Below, one piece after another: positions 44,105-56,407 of a stretch of 64,000 nucleotides of DNA (within the stretch, counting starts at the first letter, position 1; each line of letters begins with the position of its first letter). Origin of the DNA: Octopus sinensis (taxonomy: Eukaryota); assembly GCF_006345805.1 (NCBI RefSeq), contig NC_043024.1, positions 3,472,001 through 3,536,000 on the forward strand, written 5' to 3'. The position numbers were made by a program, and so were the translations under genes. A model generated the notes under the pieces. That model was not told where the DNA came from. It made no database searches and saw only the letters and a list, made by a program, of their open reading frames with translations.

Positions 44105-44387
44105 TTTCAAGCTTAGTAAGGCTCATGGGCCCGATTTCCCGGTTTCTGTGGCGTATGTGTTCCCCCCAGCTGGACGGTACGCCAGTTCATCGCAGCGTTA
44201 TCCAAGAAACAGGAAGAAAGAGTGAGAGAAAGTACAACAGGGGTCGCCACTACCCACTGCCGGAGACTCGTGGAGCTTTAGGTGTTTTTGCTCAATAAAC
44301 ACACACAACGCCCGGTCTGGGAATCGAAACCGCGATCCTCCGATCGCGAGTCCGCTGCCCTAACCACTGGGCTATTGTGCCACCACA
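44105..44387 (-). mobile_element. tRNA-derived SINE family 3 (related heads at 10942-11070 and 50070-50200)
   Basis: Minus strand gtggcacaatagcccagtggttagggcagcggactcgcg...ggtttcgattccc (A and B boxes) then gtgt..ttgagcaa.acac. Confidence 0.7.
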
Positions 44388-44584
44388 CACACACACAATA
44401 TATTGTACCGTTTCCAGATAGGAAGATCAATAAAGAAAGTTCTCTATCTGGTGAGAGATAATATTATTTATTTAAAGGACACAATATATGTCTTTAAGTG
44501 CCACTAATAGTTTCATATGTTGAGAAACATCTCAAACATATTCATCAGGCACAAACCACATACAACGAACTAAAAAAATTGAGT

Positions 44585-45391
44585 ATAGGCGCAAAAGTGG
44601 CTGTGTGGTAAGTAGCTTGCTTCCCAACCACATGTTTCCGGGTTCATTCCCACTGCATGGCACCTCGGGCAAATGTCTTCTACTATAGTCTAGGGCCGAC
44701 CAAAGCCTTATGAGTGGATTTGAAAGAAGCCCGTCGTGTATATATATATATATATATATATACTAGCAGTATCGCCCGGCGTTGCTCGGGTTTGTAAGGG
44801 AAATAACTATATAAGCATTTTTAGAGAGTTATAGCCAAAAAATAGCAAAAAAATGCATTAAAATGGGAAAAAAATGATGGTAATTTTTTTAAAAATCGTT
44901 GACTCATCGTAGACATTTTTAGAGAGTTACTTCCCTTATATAATAGCGAAAAAATGCATTAAAATGGAAAAAAATGATGTTAAATTTTTTTTTAAATCGT
45001 AGACTCATCGTAGACGCGCGCTAATACCCAGAAGGGATCGATATGAATCACGACTATAAGATACCCGCTTTTGGTTAAACTGCACCGCAAAATGTGGGAG
45101 TAGTTAGGAATCTAAATCGTAGGAGACAGACACTCACACAACTACAGTTTTATATATAAAGATATATATATATATGTGTGTGTGTGTTTGTGTGTCTGTG
45201 TCCCCCTCCCCCAACATCGCTTGACAACCGATGCTGGTATGTTTGCGTCCCAGTAACTTTATAGTTCGGCAAAAGAGACCGATAGAATAAGTACTAGGCT
45301 TACAAAGAATAAGTCCCGGGGTCGATTTGCTCGACTAAAGGCGGTGCTCCAGCATGGCCACAGTCAAATGACTGAAACAAGTAAAAGAGTA
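44585..45391 (+). mobile_element. SINE family 1 copy split by a Helitron insertion at 44763-45162
   Basis: Head 44585-44740 and tail 45170-45391 flank the insertion in its (TA)n tract. Confidence 0.8.
44763..45162 (-). mobile_element. Non-autonomous Helitron
   Basis: Minus strand A|TC...subterminal GC hairpin (cccgagcaacgccggg)...CTAG|T; no TSD; matches 62961-63349. Confidence 0.8.
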
Positions 45392-46132
45392 AGAGAAGAA
45401 ATGCAAAAACAAACCCACCTGGGAAAGCAGCATATAGAAAATGCGGAAGGTTAAAAAACGGAAAACGAAAAAAATTGAAATGTAAAAAGTGAAAAGAGTT
45501 ATCTTCCTTTAAGAAGGGTGGTAAAATATCCTTTTCTACTCTAGGCATAAGGCCTGTTTTAGTCTATGGAGATTCCGATTTTGAAAAAAAAAATCTTCAA
45601 AACTCGCAACTTCAAAATTTCAATTCCCCCCCTCCCCCATTTCTTCATTTTTCACTTTTTCTGGAAATTTTGTTTTTGCGAAATATGTACAAAAATACGG
45701 ATATTATGAGTCTGAAAAAAATTGTTTGTAAAATTAGTTTTTCAAAAAAATTTTTAATTATCCCAACCCCCTCACGATTCTACGGCCTTGGTCTTCAAGC
45801 AGGCTATTCACATGCTAGAAATAACAGCCAAATCTCACAAAACTGCGATGACATAATGAAAGAAATATGTAATCAATCTACTCACCTTTCTGCAAAAATT
45901 TCTTTCAGAGCAATTTCCCACAGTAATACGACAAAGTGAAATTAAAATGATCATTTGAGGAAATATTGAAGCAGCTTGCTCCAGAGAAAATAATGGATTT
46001 TTTGAAAACAAACGGCATTATTGCCACAACCACAACGCGTTTCCACACAAGATATGAATGAATACTTTTCACTTTGTCACAGTATTTCTTTCCTTTTTTA
46101 CTTTTCACTTTTCAAAAGAGTTTTCTGCTACT

Positions 46133-46394
46133 GTTCTATATTTAAGAGATGAGGAATTACGTGCATTGTTTACATACGACGGATATTTGTCCTCATCTTG
46201 TTTGTTGTTGACACAACGTTTCAGCTGATATACCCTCCAGCCTTCTTCAGGTGTCTTGGGGGAAATTTCGAACCTGGATTCTCATTCCTAAGGTATTTTT
46301 CAATGTTATTATTATTATTATTGTTCAGGTCACTGCTTGGAATCGAACTCGGAATCTTGGGGTTAGTAGCCCGCGCTCTTAACCACTATGCCAT
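46133..46394 (-). mobile_element. tRNA-headed SINE with a Penelope-type hammerhead-bearing tail
   Basis: A box TGGCATAGTGG, B box GTTCGATTCC, (AAT)n linker, then GACAC-CTGAAGA-AGGCTG..CAGCT-GAAA-CGTT-GTGTC. Confidence 0.75.
46210..46255 (-). ncRNA. Candidate minimal type-I hammerhead ribozyme
   Basis: Stem I GACAC/GTGTC, core CUGAAGA, stem II hairpin, GAAA, loopless palindromic stem III ACGU, cleavage triplet GUU. Confidence 0.6.
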
Positions 46395-47248
46395 TTTTGA
46401 GAGAGCTAGCAATTTTGAGGGAACAAGGATTTGTCAATGCTAGAAACCCCAGTATCTGATTGGTACTGTACTTTATTGACCCTGAAAAGATGAAAGGCAA
46501 ATCGCCCTTAGCAGGTTCTGAACTCAGAACTTTGTCCTAAACTAAACAACAGCAATATAGTTCAGCTCTACTTTAGAATTCAACCGGCTAGAAATAACAC
46601 TAAAGCCACTCACAAATCATAACCTGCTGTCTTGAAAAAAGAAGGACCTATTTGAGAATAAGGCAATCCGAATATGAAAAAGATGGGATGGCAATGGCTG
46701 GAGCGATTTTATAAGTATACAAAAATGAAGCTGACCTTGAATTTAAACAGCAATAACAAAAATAACAAACCATATAAAGAAGTAAACAAAAAATCGTCAA
46801 ATCCACATTTTTAAAAAATCATTTTATTTCTCTATTCAATTTTTTTTTCAAAAAAAGAAATTTAAAAACAAAAAATATAAACAATAAAAATAGAAATATT
46901 TCAGTTATTTCTTACAAAGAAATACAAATTATTTTAAAAGTGAACTTGGTAGTATTTATATATATATATTTTTCCCTAAATAGTGTTTTCTTTTCTTTCT
47001 TCTTGTGTCTACTGGACCCATTATACAAGTAGTTAATTTTTAAAATCTTTCCTTATCTTCCCACCCCAATCCTCAAGTTTAATCCCCTGCCACTTTTCAG
47101 ACCCTCTGATCATAGCCCAAACCGATCATGACCTTCACCTCTGTATTTCTCGTTTCTCTCTCTCTTATTTAGTTTCAGCCATAGAACTCTAACCATCCTG
47201 AGGACACATGTGGCTAGGACTGTTTGTGTGTTTATGGATGTGTATGCA

Positions 47249-47280
<32 letters not shown>

Positions 47281-47532
47281 CACACACACATATACATACA
47301 CACACCCACATATATACATCTATTTATCTATCTATAATCCTAGACATGTATGTATGCGTGTGTAATATATATATATATATACATACATACATTTATGTGT
47401 GTATCTGTATACATAGATGAACACGCACATAAATATCTAAATATGTAACCGATGTCAGATAATTCTATTGAATGTCAATAAAATTATTATAAAGACTTGT
47501 ACTGAGTTCTTTGTTAAGTTCAAAGTTAAGCT

Positions 47533-47538
47533 TTTATT
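47533..47538 (-). terminator. Candidate PAF1 poly(A) signal
   Basis: AATAAA on the minus strand ~245 nt after the stop codon. Confidence 0.45.
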
Positions 47539-47782
47539 CAAATAAAAACACTCAATTCTCTCTCCAAACACACACAAATTCTTTTACTTGTTTCAGTCAC
47601 TGGACTATGGTCATGCTGGAGCACCACCCTGACAGCTTGATATAATAAGTACCACACAAGTACTGAGAAGAGCTTTTAGTTTTTTCACTTTTAATTAAAA
47701 TAAGTAACCCCCTTTCCCTTCTTACTCCCCACACCAAAGAATTAATTAATTAAATGAAATTTTCAAACTGTTAATCTGGTGT

Positions 47783-50700
47783 TCAAGAACTGTCATCAGA
47801 ACTACTGGCAACTCCAAAAATTTCTTCCTCATCCTTTTTGTTATCTGGTTCATTCTCTCCATCACTGGCAGAACCAAAGATCTGTTCTTCGTCTTCCTTG
47901 TTCTCCTCCTCCATCTCTTCTTCGGCTTCACTCTCGCTGCTCGAACCGAAAATTGCTTCCTTGTCCTTCTTGTTCTCGTTTGCTTGGGCCTCGCTTTCTG
48001 CCTCACTCTCACTCCCACTGTCGCCAGCTTCTTTTTCACTTCCGCTGCCACCTTTTGCTTCCTCTTCCTCCTCTTCCTGACCAGCCTTTTCACTTCTTTC
48101 ATCACCACTGCCAGCACCACCTTCACCTTCACTACTGCTACTACTGCTGCTGCTCTTTCTGCGGCTGCTGGCGGCACTGCGGTTGCTTTTCTTGCTGCTG
48201 GCGCTGCTGCTGCTGCCACCAGACTTGACACTCTCGTTGTCACTGCTGTTGCCACCGTCGCTGCCCTCCACCGATTTCTTATCACCGTCATCCTCCTTTG
48301 CTGACCCTTCCTCTTCCTCTTTGCCAGACCCTTCCTCTTCGTCCTCCTCCTCTTCCTCTTCTTCTTCTTGCTGTGGTTCCAGCATGGTCAGCCGGACATT
48401 CTGTGCTGTGATTTCCTTGTCATATAAGTCGCGGTGTTTGACAATCAGCCTTGACTTAGCCACCTGAGCGGCACCGGCCCCCGTTTTACGCCTTTTGCTC
48501 AGCCGTACGCGCGTTTCCAACTCATTGTAGTAGACGACATCGTCACGAAAGATAAAGAAGTATGTCTCCTCATAGCCCTTCGATAGCTTGTTCTTGACAT
48601 TCCAGTTGTACTCGCGAGCCAGCGTATAATCATAGAAATCATCAGGCTGATACAAGATGTCGTCAGTTTGGTCCTGCTTTCTTTTGTTGCAGGTCTCCTC
48701 TGTTGGCAAGAAATACGCCACAAATTGCTCACCACTCTCGTCAACGGCACCTCGGATCATAGCTTGAGACATCTCTTCAGCTTGAACAGATGGGGTCCGT
48801 GCCTTTGGAGCAGGATCAGAATCGAAGATGACCTAAAGACAAGAAAGAAAAAAAAAAACATATAAGAAATCAGAAGAGGAGGAGATATTAAGACATTTTA
48901 ATCAAAAGTCTGAGAGACACAAAAGCAGGAGAATCATAGAGGATTTGAATTATATATTTGTGCAGTTCTATATTTAAGGGATGAGGAATTATTGACATTA
49001 TTTACATTCGACAGATATTTGTCCTCATCTTGTTTGTTGTTAACTCAATGTTTCAGCTGATATACCCTCCAGCCTTCTTCAGGTGTCTTGGGGAAATTTC
49101 GAACATGGGTTCTCATTCCTAAGGTATTTTTCAATGCTATTATTATTATTAGTGTTCAGGTCACTGCTTGGAATCGAATGGGCATATGGCGTAGTGGTTA
49201 AGAGCAAGGGCTACTAACCCCAAGATTCTGAGTTCGATTCCAAGCAGTGACCTGAACACTAACAACAACTACAATAATAATAATAATAATAATAACAACA
49301 ACATCGAAAAATAACTTAGGAATGAGAACCCAGGTTTGAAATTTTCCCAAGACACCTTATGAAGCCTGGAGGGTATATCAGCCTAAACGTTGTGTCAACA
49401 ACCAGCAAGATGAGGACAAATATCCGTTGAATGTAAATAATGTATATTTTTGTGGCCTCCCATGTAACCCATGTTACCAATTACAGGACATAGTATTTGG
49501 TTTATAAAATAACTAGGCCCACAAAGTCCCTGTCTATCATAACAGGTGACTGAAAGGGCATCAAGTAGGGCTTCCTGCTGTAAAATATTGTCTTAGGGAT
49601 CTCCTAACCCACGCCAGGAAGGGAAAGCAAAAGTGGTAATGGCAATGGTGGTGATGATTGTAATGATGATGGTGGTGATGATGATGATAATGAAATTGTG
49701 TGACAGAGCATCAACCATTTCATTGTCTCTAAGCTATGTGAGATAATATAGTGCACCACCTAGCACTTACAAACACTTGAGCCAAGCCTCTGGGTCTTGG
49801 CAATAACTTTACCTCCACCTTTACCCTCACCTGACATTCTTTGGAGTGTCGTCCTTTCACTGACTAAGTCTAGCAGAGAGGGGGAAAAAACCCTCGTTTT
49901 TATTTTAATCCTCAATGTATGGACATGCTGCAGTCAGTATGGCCTGTTACTTTGTTTTTTTTTATGAGAAATTTGTGTTTATAATTTCTAATAACATTTT
50001 AAATAAAAAATATCCTAGCTGTTTACTGTATTTGATGGCATATGGACATGTTAGATGCACCCCAGTGAAGGTGCATGGCTCAGTGGTTAGAGTATTGGGA
50101 TCACAATCATGAGGTGGTGAGTTCAATTCACAAACTGGGCTGTGTTGTGTCCTTGAGCAAGACACTTTATTTCATGTTAATCCAGTTTACTCATCTGTAG
50201 AAATAAGTTGTGACATCAGTAATGCCAAACTGTATTGGTCCCTTTTGCCTTTCCCTTGGATAACATTGGTGGCATATGGAGAGGAGAGGCTGGCATGCAT
50301 GGGTGACTGCTAGTTTTCCATAAACAACCTTGCACAGACTTGTGCTTGTGATTATTTAGTGGTTACTGAGGTGTGTCAGTCTCAAGCATGATTTGAAACG
50401 GCTTGTTTTCATCACAGTTTTATCAATCAAAATAATCCACGGTACCAGAGCATCCAGATATGATTTGCTTTGAGAGGTTTTAGGTTGATTTTTTGCAACC
50501 CTAAAGATTCCACTTGCACATCCACAGCAAACAAGGCACAGGGCCAGACTTTAGATTGTGTAGGTGTATTTTTACCCACTCCGATGTTTACACACGGCCA
50601 GTTATATGTTGCTTTGTAAATTAGTGTCAACCAAACAGAAAATATCGTCTACAAAGAAGTTTTGTAATCATATTGATATTATCGAAAGGAATATGATTCA

Positions 50701-53549
50701 TAACTTAAATAAGGAAATTTGTGAACTTTGAATGTATAAATAGGTGTATAAACAACTAAAATAAAAGTATATCTAAATAACATTTTTTTCTTAATACTTT
50801 TTATGTAGTGGTTGAAGGAAGCTCTGGTTTTCATTTGGAGTGGTCCACATAATCATTCACGATTACAGAGGCTGGGAGCTTATTTCAGTTTGGAAGTGAA
50901 TCGTTATCACATGTCACTTAGTCACAAACATGTCATATAACTGCAATAGAATGCTGTATCACCATCAATAATGTGATTTCCCAGTAATCTATCAAGTCCA
51001 TTTACACATTTCTCAATACATATATTGCTGTTATGACTTCCCTCCCTCATTTTATGCCTCCATCGTAGATTTGCTAGTAATAACAATGATGATGGTGATT
51101 TCAAATTTCAGCATAGGTACAGGAGCGGCTGTGTGGTAAATAGCTTGCTTACCAACCACATGGTTTCAGGTTCAGTCCCACTGATGGCACCTTGGGCAAG
51201 TGTCTTCTACTACAGCCTTGGGCCGACCAAAGCCTTCTGAGTGGATTTGGTAGACGGAAACTGAAAGAAGCCCGTCGTATATATGTAATATATATATGTG
51301 TGCGTGTGTGTGTCTGTGTTTGTCCCCCCCAACATCGCTTGACAACTGATGCTTCAGTTGCGTCCCCGTAACTTAGCGATTCAGCAAAAGAGACCGATAA
51401 AATAAATACTAGGCTTACAAGAATAAGTCCTGGGGTCGATTTGCTTGACTAAAGGCAGTGCTCCAGCATGACCATAGTCAAATGACTGAAACAAGCAAAA
51501 GAGAGTATAAAACCAGCAATATTGGGGGCTGGGGTAAGCTGATAACCTCAACCCCAGTATACAACTGGTTCTTACTTTATCAATCCCAGAAGGATGAAAG
51601 GCAACTCAGAATAAAGAGATGGGCAAAATGCCAAGCGTTTTGCCTGGTGTGCTAATGATTCTGCCAGCTTGCTGCCTTAACGAAATGCTGCTAAGCATTT
51701 TACCTGGCATGCTAACAATTCTGACAACTCACTGGCATCATCATCAACGTCTGTTGTCCATGCTGGCATGGGTTGGACAGTGTAACCAGAGCTGGCAAGC
51801 CAGGGGACTGCACCAGACTCCAGTCTGATTCAGCATAGTTTCTATGGCTAGATGCTCTTCCTAATGCCAACCACTTAACACAGTGTGCTGGGCGGTTTTA
51901 CGTGGCACCGAATGAATGCTTTTACATGACGTCCCATGGGCACTTTTACATGATACCACGAGTGCTTTAACGTGTCACCACATCATCATCATCGTTTAAC
52001 GTCCATTTTCCATGCTAGCATGGGTTGGATGGTTCGACCGGGGTCTGGGAAGCCAGGAAGCTGCACCAGGCTCCAGTCTGATCTGGCAGTGTTTCTACAG
52101 CTGGATGCCCTTCCTAACACCAACCATTCCATTAGTGTAGTGGGTGCTTTTTATGTACCACCGGCACAATGTTTTGAATTAATCATGCACTATCTCATAG
52201 CATCAAGACCTCAATAATGCGACTTCATCTTCAGATGGCATTGAAGAGTTGGTGTGAGAGGCCAGATCTGGCCAGTTGGAACATAAGGCTGGTTTCACTC
52301 TTTGGCATTCAGATTACTCTGTCAAATTTAATGCTTATTCATTCACAATGTTTTCAGTTAATCATGCAGTATCCAATATCTTTGAGATTTCAATGATGAT
52401 TGTTTATTTTTATAATGACATTGTAAGATTGGTGTGAGAGGCCAGATCTAGCCAGTCAGAACGTAAAGCATGTATAATATTTGGGCTTGGTTTAACTCTT
52501 TAGCATTCAGATTACTCTGTCACATGTAATGCTCATGGGTGCTTTTACGTGTCAGCACACAAGCGTTTTTATGTGGCACTGCCATGGGTACCATGTGTAA
52601 TATTGATAATAGCTGTATCAGTAATAGCTATAAGGTTTGAACTTATAATAATTCTTAACCCTTTTGATACCAACCCAGCTGAAACCGCCTCTGGCTCTAG
52701 TAAAAATGTCTTGTTTTTAACAGTTCTGAATTAAAATCTTCCACCAAACCTTAGTCACAATTTATGCTCCTAACACCAGCTTAATGATAACTAAGTTATT
52801 TTACTAAATTCTTTGTTGTATTTAAAATTATTTGAAAGAAACACAGAACATCTCAAAAAAAATACAGTAAAGAAAGGGTTAAGCTGTTCCCTTACCTGAG
52901 CAAAGGGGTGTTTCCAAAGATCAAAATCAGGAAAGACAGGTAAAATCTCAACTGGGGTGACACCAGGTTTGCTGTAATGTTTAGCAATGTTAGTTTTGGC
53001 ATTTTCAAAAGTCTTTTCAATGGCCTTAATTTGGCTATCGCGGTCCTTATATAGATCCTCCTCTTTCATTATCTGCTTCAATTTGAAGCCGACCTTTGTT
53101 TCATGTTTGTCAGATTTCTGTATGAATCGATTATATTCTGTTGAGATATACTCAGTCTTACGCAACCATGACACTGAAGTGTTGTGGTGACGGGAACGAC
53201 GGGAATCGTGTAGAGTGTTGATCTCTTCCTCAAGAAGTCTCTCATCTTCAGAGTCAGCGTAAATGTTTGGGCTCAACTTGTAGGTTTCTGGGTTGATTAG
53301 ATCAATCGTTACCCCAAGATCATGTTCTGTGAGCATGTCGTACTTGTAAGTGCGTTCCAGTGAGGTGGGTTTGTACTGGATGAAACGGTTTGACTCGAAT
53401 GGATATGTAATGAACTTGGGATCAAACGGAATGTCAGGCAGTGTGTTATTGTATTTGACACGACACACCAGCTCAGATCTCTTCTCCACAACATTGCGGT
53501 TTTTCCTCTCTCGCTCCTCCCGTGGGCCGGTCTGCACTGTCGGAGCCAT
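47783..53549 (-). CDS. PAF1: RNA polymerase II-associated factor 1 (PAF1 complex subunit); join(53549-52896, 48832-47783); 567 aa
   Basis: N-terminus MAPTVQT...[19 protein letters not shown], ...[12 protein letters not shown]; phase-0 junction KHPFAQ|gtaagg ... tttag|[24 protein letters not shown]; [37 protein letters not shown]; acidic/Ser-rich C-tail. All are characteristic of Paf1. Confidence 0.96.
48963..49444. mobile_element. Head-to-head inverted pair of the same tRNA/hammerhead SINE inside the PAF1 intron
   Basis: 48963-49178 (5'-truncated, minus) and 49179-49444 (plus, with tRNA head); ~190-bp arms; hammerhead cores degenerate in both. Confidence 0.8.
51114..51507 (+). mobile_element. 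SINE family 1 copy in the PAF1 intron
   Basis: Family match. Confidence 0.85.
52659..52878. mobile_element. piggyBac-type MITE in the PAF1 intron, next to the 5' splice site
   Basis: TTAA|CCCTTT...AAAGGG|TTAA; homologous to 22428-22627. Confidence 0.78.
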
Positions 53550-53620
53550 GTTGAACTATTGTGAGTTACTTTCAAAATATTTGGGCTACAACGGAAAAAG
53601 AAAGAAAAGAAAAATAGAAT
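53550..53620 (-). other. PAF1: PAF1 5'-UTR splice acceptor (exon begins at 53585), implying an upstream non-coding exon
   Basis: Minus strand reads attctatttttcttttctttctttttccgttgtag|cccaaat..., 36 nt before the ATG. Confidence 0.7.
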
Positions 53621-53854
53621 AAATATCTCTTTTCTTTGAAACATGGATCTTTAAGCACATAAAGCTACACTTAATAGCATCTAAATTTTAGTTTCAAATT
53701 TTGGGACAAGGCCATCAATTTGAGAAGGGTTAAGTCAATAACACTGACCCCCAAACTCAACTGGTACTTATTTTATCAACCCCGAAATTTAAACTCAGAA
53801 TGTCATTAAGCATTTTGCCTGGCATGCTAACAATTCTTAATAATAATAGAGTGT

Positions 53855-54580
53855 CCTCTATTGGACCTAAGAAGCATCAGATGTGGTGTGCAAGAGAGAC
53901 GACTGTACTGGTATGGTCATGTGGCGAGAATGGATGAGGACAACTGTGTGAAAATGTGCCACACCCTAGCAGTTGGGGGAACCTGTGGAAGAGGTAGACC
54001 CAGGAAGACCTGGGATAAGGTGGTGAAGCATGACCTTTCAACATTAGGCCTCACCGAGGCAATGACTAGTGACTGAGACCTTTGGAAATATGTTGTGCTT
54101 GAGAAGACCCAGCAAACCAACTGAGACCATAACCTCGTGGCCTATGCCAGGGATGTAACCAGCTCACTTGTGCATACCTTTCCTTCATTGGACACTAAAA
54201 TCTGCTTGCGAAGATCTGTTGAGGCAAGTGAAATCGAAATCAAATTCGATGACTGGCATCCGTGCTAGTGGAGAGCTAATAGTACCATCCGAGCATGATC
54301 ATTGCCAGAGCAGTTAACTGGCTTCCATGCTGGTGGCACATAAAAAGCACCATTTGAGTGTGGCCGTTGCCAGTACCGCCTGACTGGCCCTCATGCCGGT
54401 GGCACATAAAAGCACCCACTACACTCTCAGAGTGGTTGGTGTTAGGAAGGGCATCCAGCTGTAGAAACTCTGCCAGATCAGATTGGAGCCTGGTGCAGCC
54501 GTCTGGTTTGCCAGCCCTCAGTCATACGTCCAACCCATACTAACATTGAGAGCGGACGTTAAACGATGATGATGATGATG
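53855..54580 (+). mobile_element. RTE-clade LINE 3' end with long 3' UTR ending in (GAT)n
   Basis: RRLYWYGHVARM...GRGRPRKTW..DL; tail fragments also at ~51735-51900, 51980-52180, 59460-60360. Confidence 0.8.
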
Positions 54581-54974
54581 AATAGCTTCAAATTTTGGCA
54601 CAAGGCCAGCAAGTCTGGGAGAGAAGGTAAGTCGATTACATCAACCTCAGTGCTCAACGGGTAGTTATTTTATCAACCTCAAAAGGGTGTAAAGTAAAGC
54701 TGACTTCAGTGAAATTAGAACCCAGAAAGACATGAAATGCCACTAAGCATTTTGCCCAGTAAGCTAATGATTCTGCCAGCTTGCCGCCTTATAGCATGTT
54801 GAAAATCCCTTTTGGACAGAAAAAGTCAAAAGCAGTCACGTCTACAGAAGATGTGGGTTTGTGTCTATGGGCAGCCTCCAAATTTTTCTATCCAAAAGAG
54901 TTTTTTTCTTAACCCAATATTTACATGATATTATTTATAGCTTGTGTGTTTCAAGACCCATTAGTCCATGGTCT

Positions 54975-55755
54975 CCCAAAAGATTAACCTAGCAAAGATC
55001 AAAGTTGTTGTTAGTAAGAAAGAAGATAAAACTCTCAGGCCCTGCTCAATATGTATGAAAGGAGTTGGAAGAAATATAATTCACTGCACCCAGTGTAAAC
55101 AATAGACACAAGAGGTGCAGAGGAATCACAGGTAGATTAACAAATAAAGTAGTCTTTGTATGTGGCAGATGTGAAGGAACAATAAGCACTAAGAGCACAC
55201 AGGACTTAGATTCTCTCAAATGCCCAGGAGGCTCTCTTGAAGTTGTAGATGGTTTCTGTTATCTAGGTGACCAAATTAGCAATGGTGGAGGATGTTCTGA
55301 AAGTGTTGTTTCTCGAATAAGAACTGGATGGGGGAAGTTCAGAGAGCTATTACCTCTGTTGGCAACAAAAGGACTGTCTCTCAGAGTGAAAGGTAGACTA
55401 TATGATGCTTGTGTGTGAACGGATATACTCCATGGAAGTGAGACATGGGCTCTGGATGCAGAAGACATGCATGTAGACCAGAGAGAAATAAAGGTATGTT
55501 ACGTTGGATGTGCAACATCAGTGCACATGTACGACAAAGTGCAAGTGTACTGAGAGAAAAGTTGGGCATAAGAGGAATCAAATGTAGCATGCAAGAGAGA
55601 AGACTACGTTGATTTGGACATGTGATGTGTATGAATGAGGACAGCTGCATAAAGAAGTGCCGATCACTGAAAGTAGATTGTACCAGCAGAAGAGAGAGAC
55701 CCAGGAAGACGTGGGATGAAGTGGAAAGGACCGATCTCGGAATGTTAAAAAAGAT
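54975..55755 (+). mobile_element. RTE-clade LINE RT/thumb fragment
   Basis: LEVVDGFCYLGDQIS..RIRTGWGKFRELLPLL..KGRLYDACV..LHGSETWAL. Confidence 0.8.
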
Positions 55756-56407
55756 CCCATGTATCATCAGGGTGAGAGAAACAAATTCATAAATATGGTG
55801 TTGAATGTGGTTTCACTATGGAAAAAAGTCAAGGCTGGTTTAGCTATTGTTTTTAGCACATCTCCACTGTTGGGATCTTTTCTAAAACCTTTTTCTATTA
55901 CTCAGACGAAAAATAAATGAATCTAAAAATTTTTTTCAAACTTATTTCTATTAAACAAAAAAAAATTATTTATGAATTTCTTTCTCTTTGAAAGTCCACT
56001 CCCCACCAGCTTGGAAAAAATTTTCTGTACAAATTTCTTTATAATTATAATCTATGCTGTTTGAGAGGTATTTATATAAAATTTCATGAAAAGATATCCA
56101 TTTTCCCCAAAGTTATGAGGGAAAAAAATCGGGTTGTGTGAATTTTCCGAAAGTCCTCTTTCCATCCCTTCAGAAAATTTTCCTAAAAAAATTTCTTTAT
56201 GAACGTAATCTGTTCCATTTGAGAGGTATTTATATAAAATTTCATTCAAAGATATCAGTTTTCCTAAAAATTATGAGGAAAAAAATCAGATCTTGTGAAT
56301 TTTCTGAAAGTCCTCTCCCCACCCACCCCTGGTTTGTTTGCATAGATTTTTGTTTTCATATTTGTTTAATACGCATTTTTTTGATACCTATTACACTTTT
56401 TTTGGGG

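Noticed and set aside
41513-47700. Eighth functional unit (FU-h) or a duplicated d* unit
   Set aside because: No hemocyanin motifs occur downstream of FU-g, and only seven units are present in order a-g.
47746-48304. Alternative-frame and antisense ORFs overlapping the PAF1 C-terminus
   Set aside because: By-products of the low-complexity Glu/Ser-rich PAF1 tail.
49179-49255. Genuine tRNA gene (also heads at 46394, 44387 and 10942)
   Set aside because: A and B boxes are present, but I could not see an acceptor-stem closure, and each head continues into a repeated SINE body.
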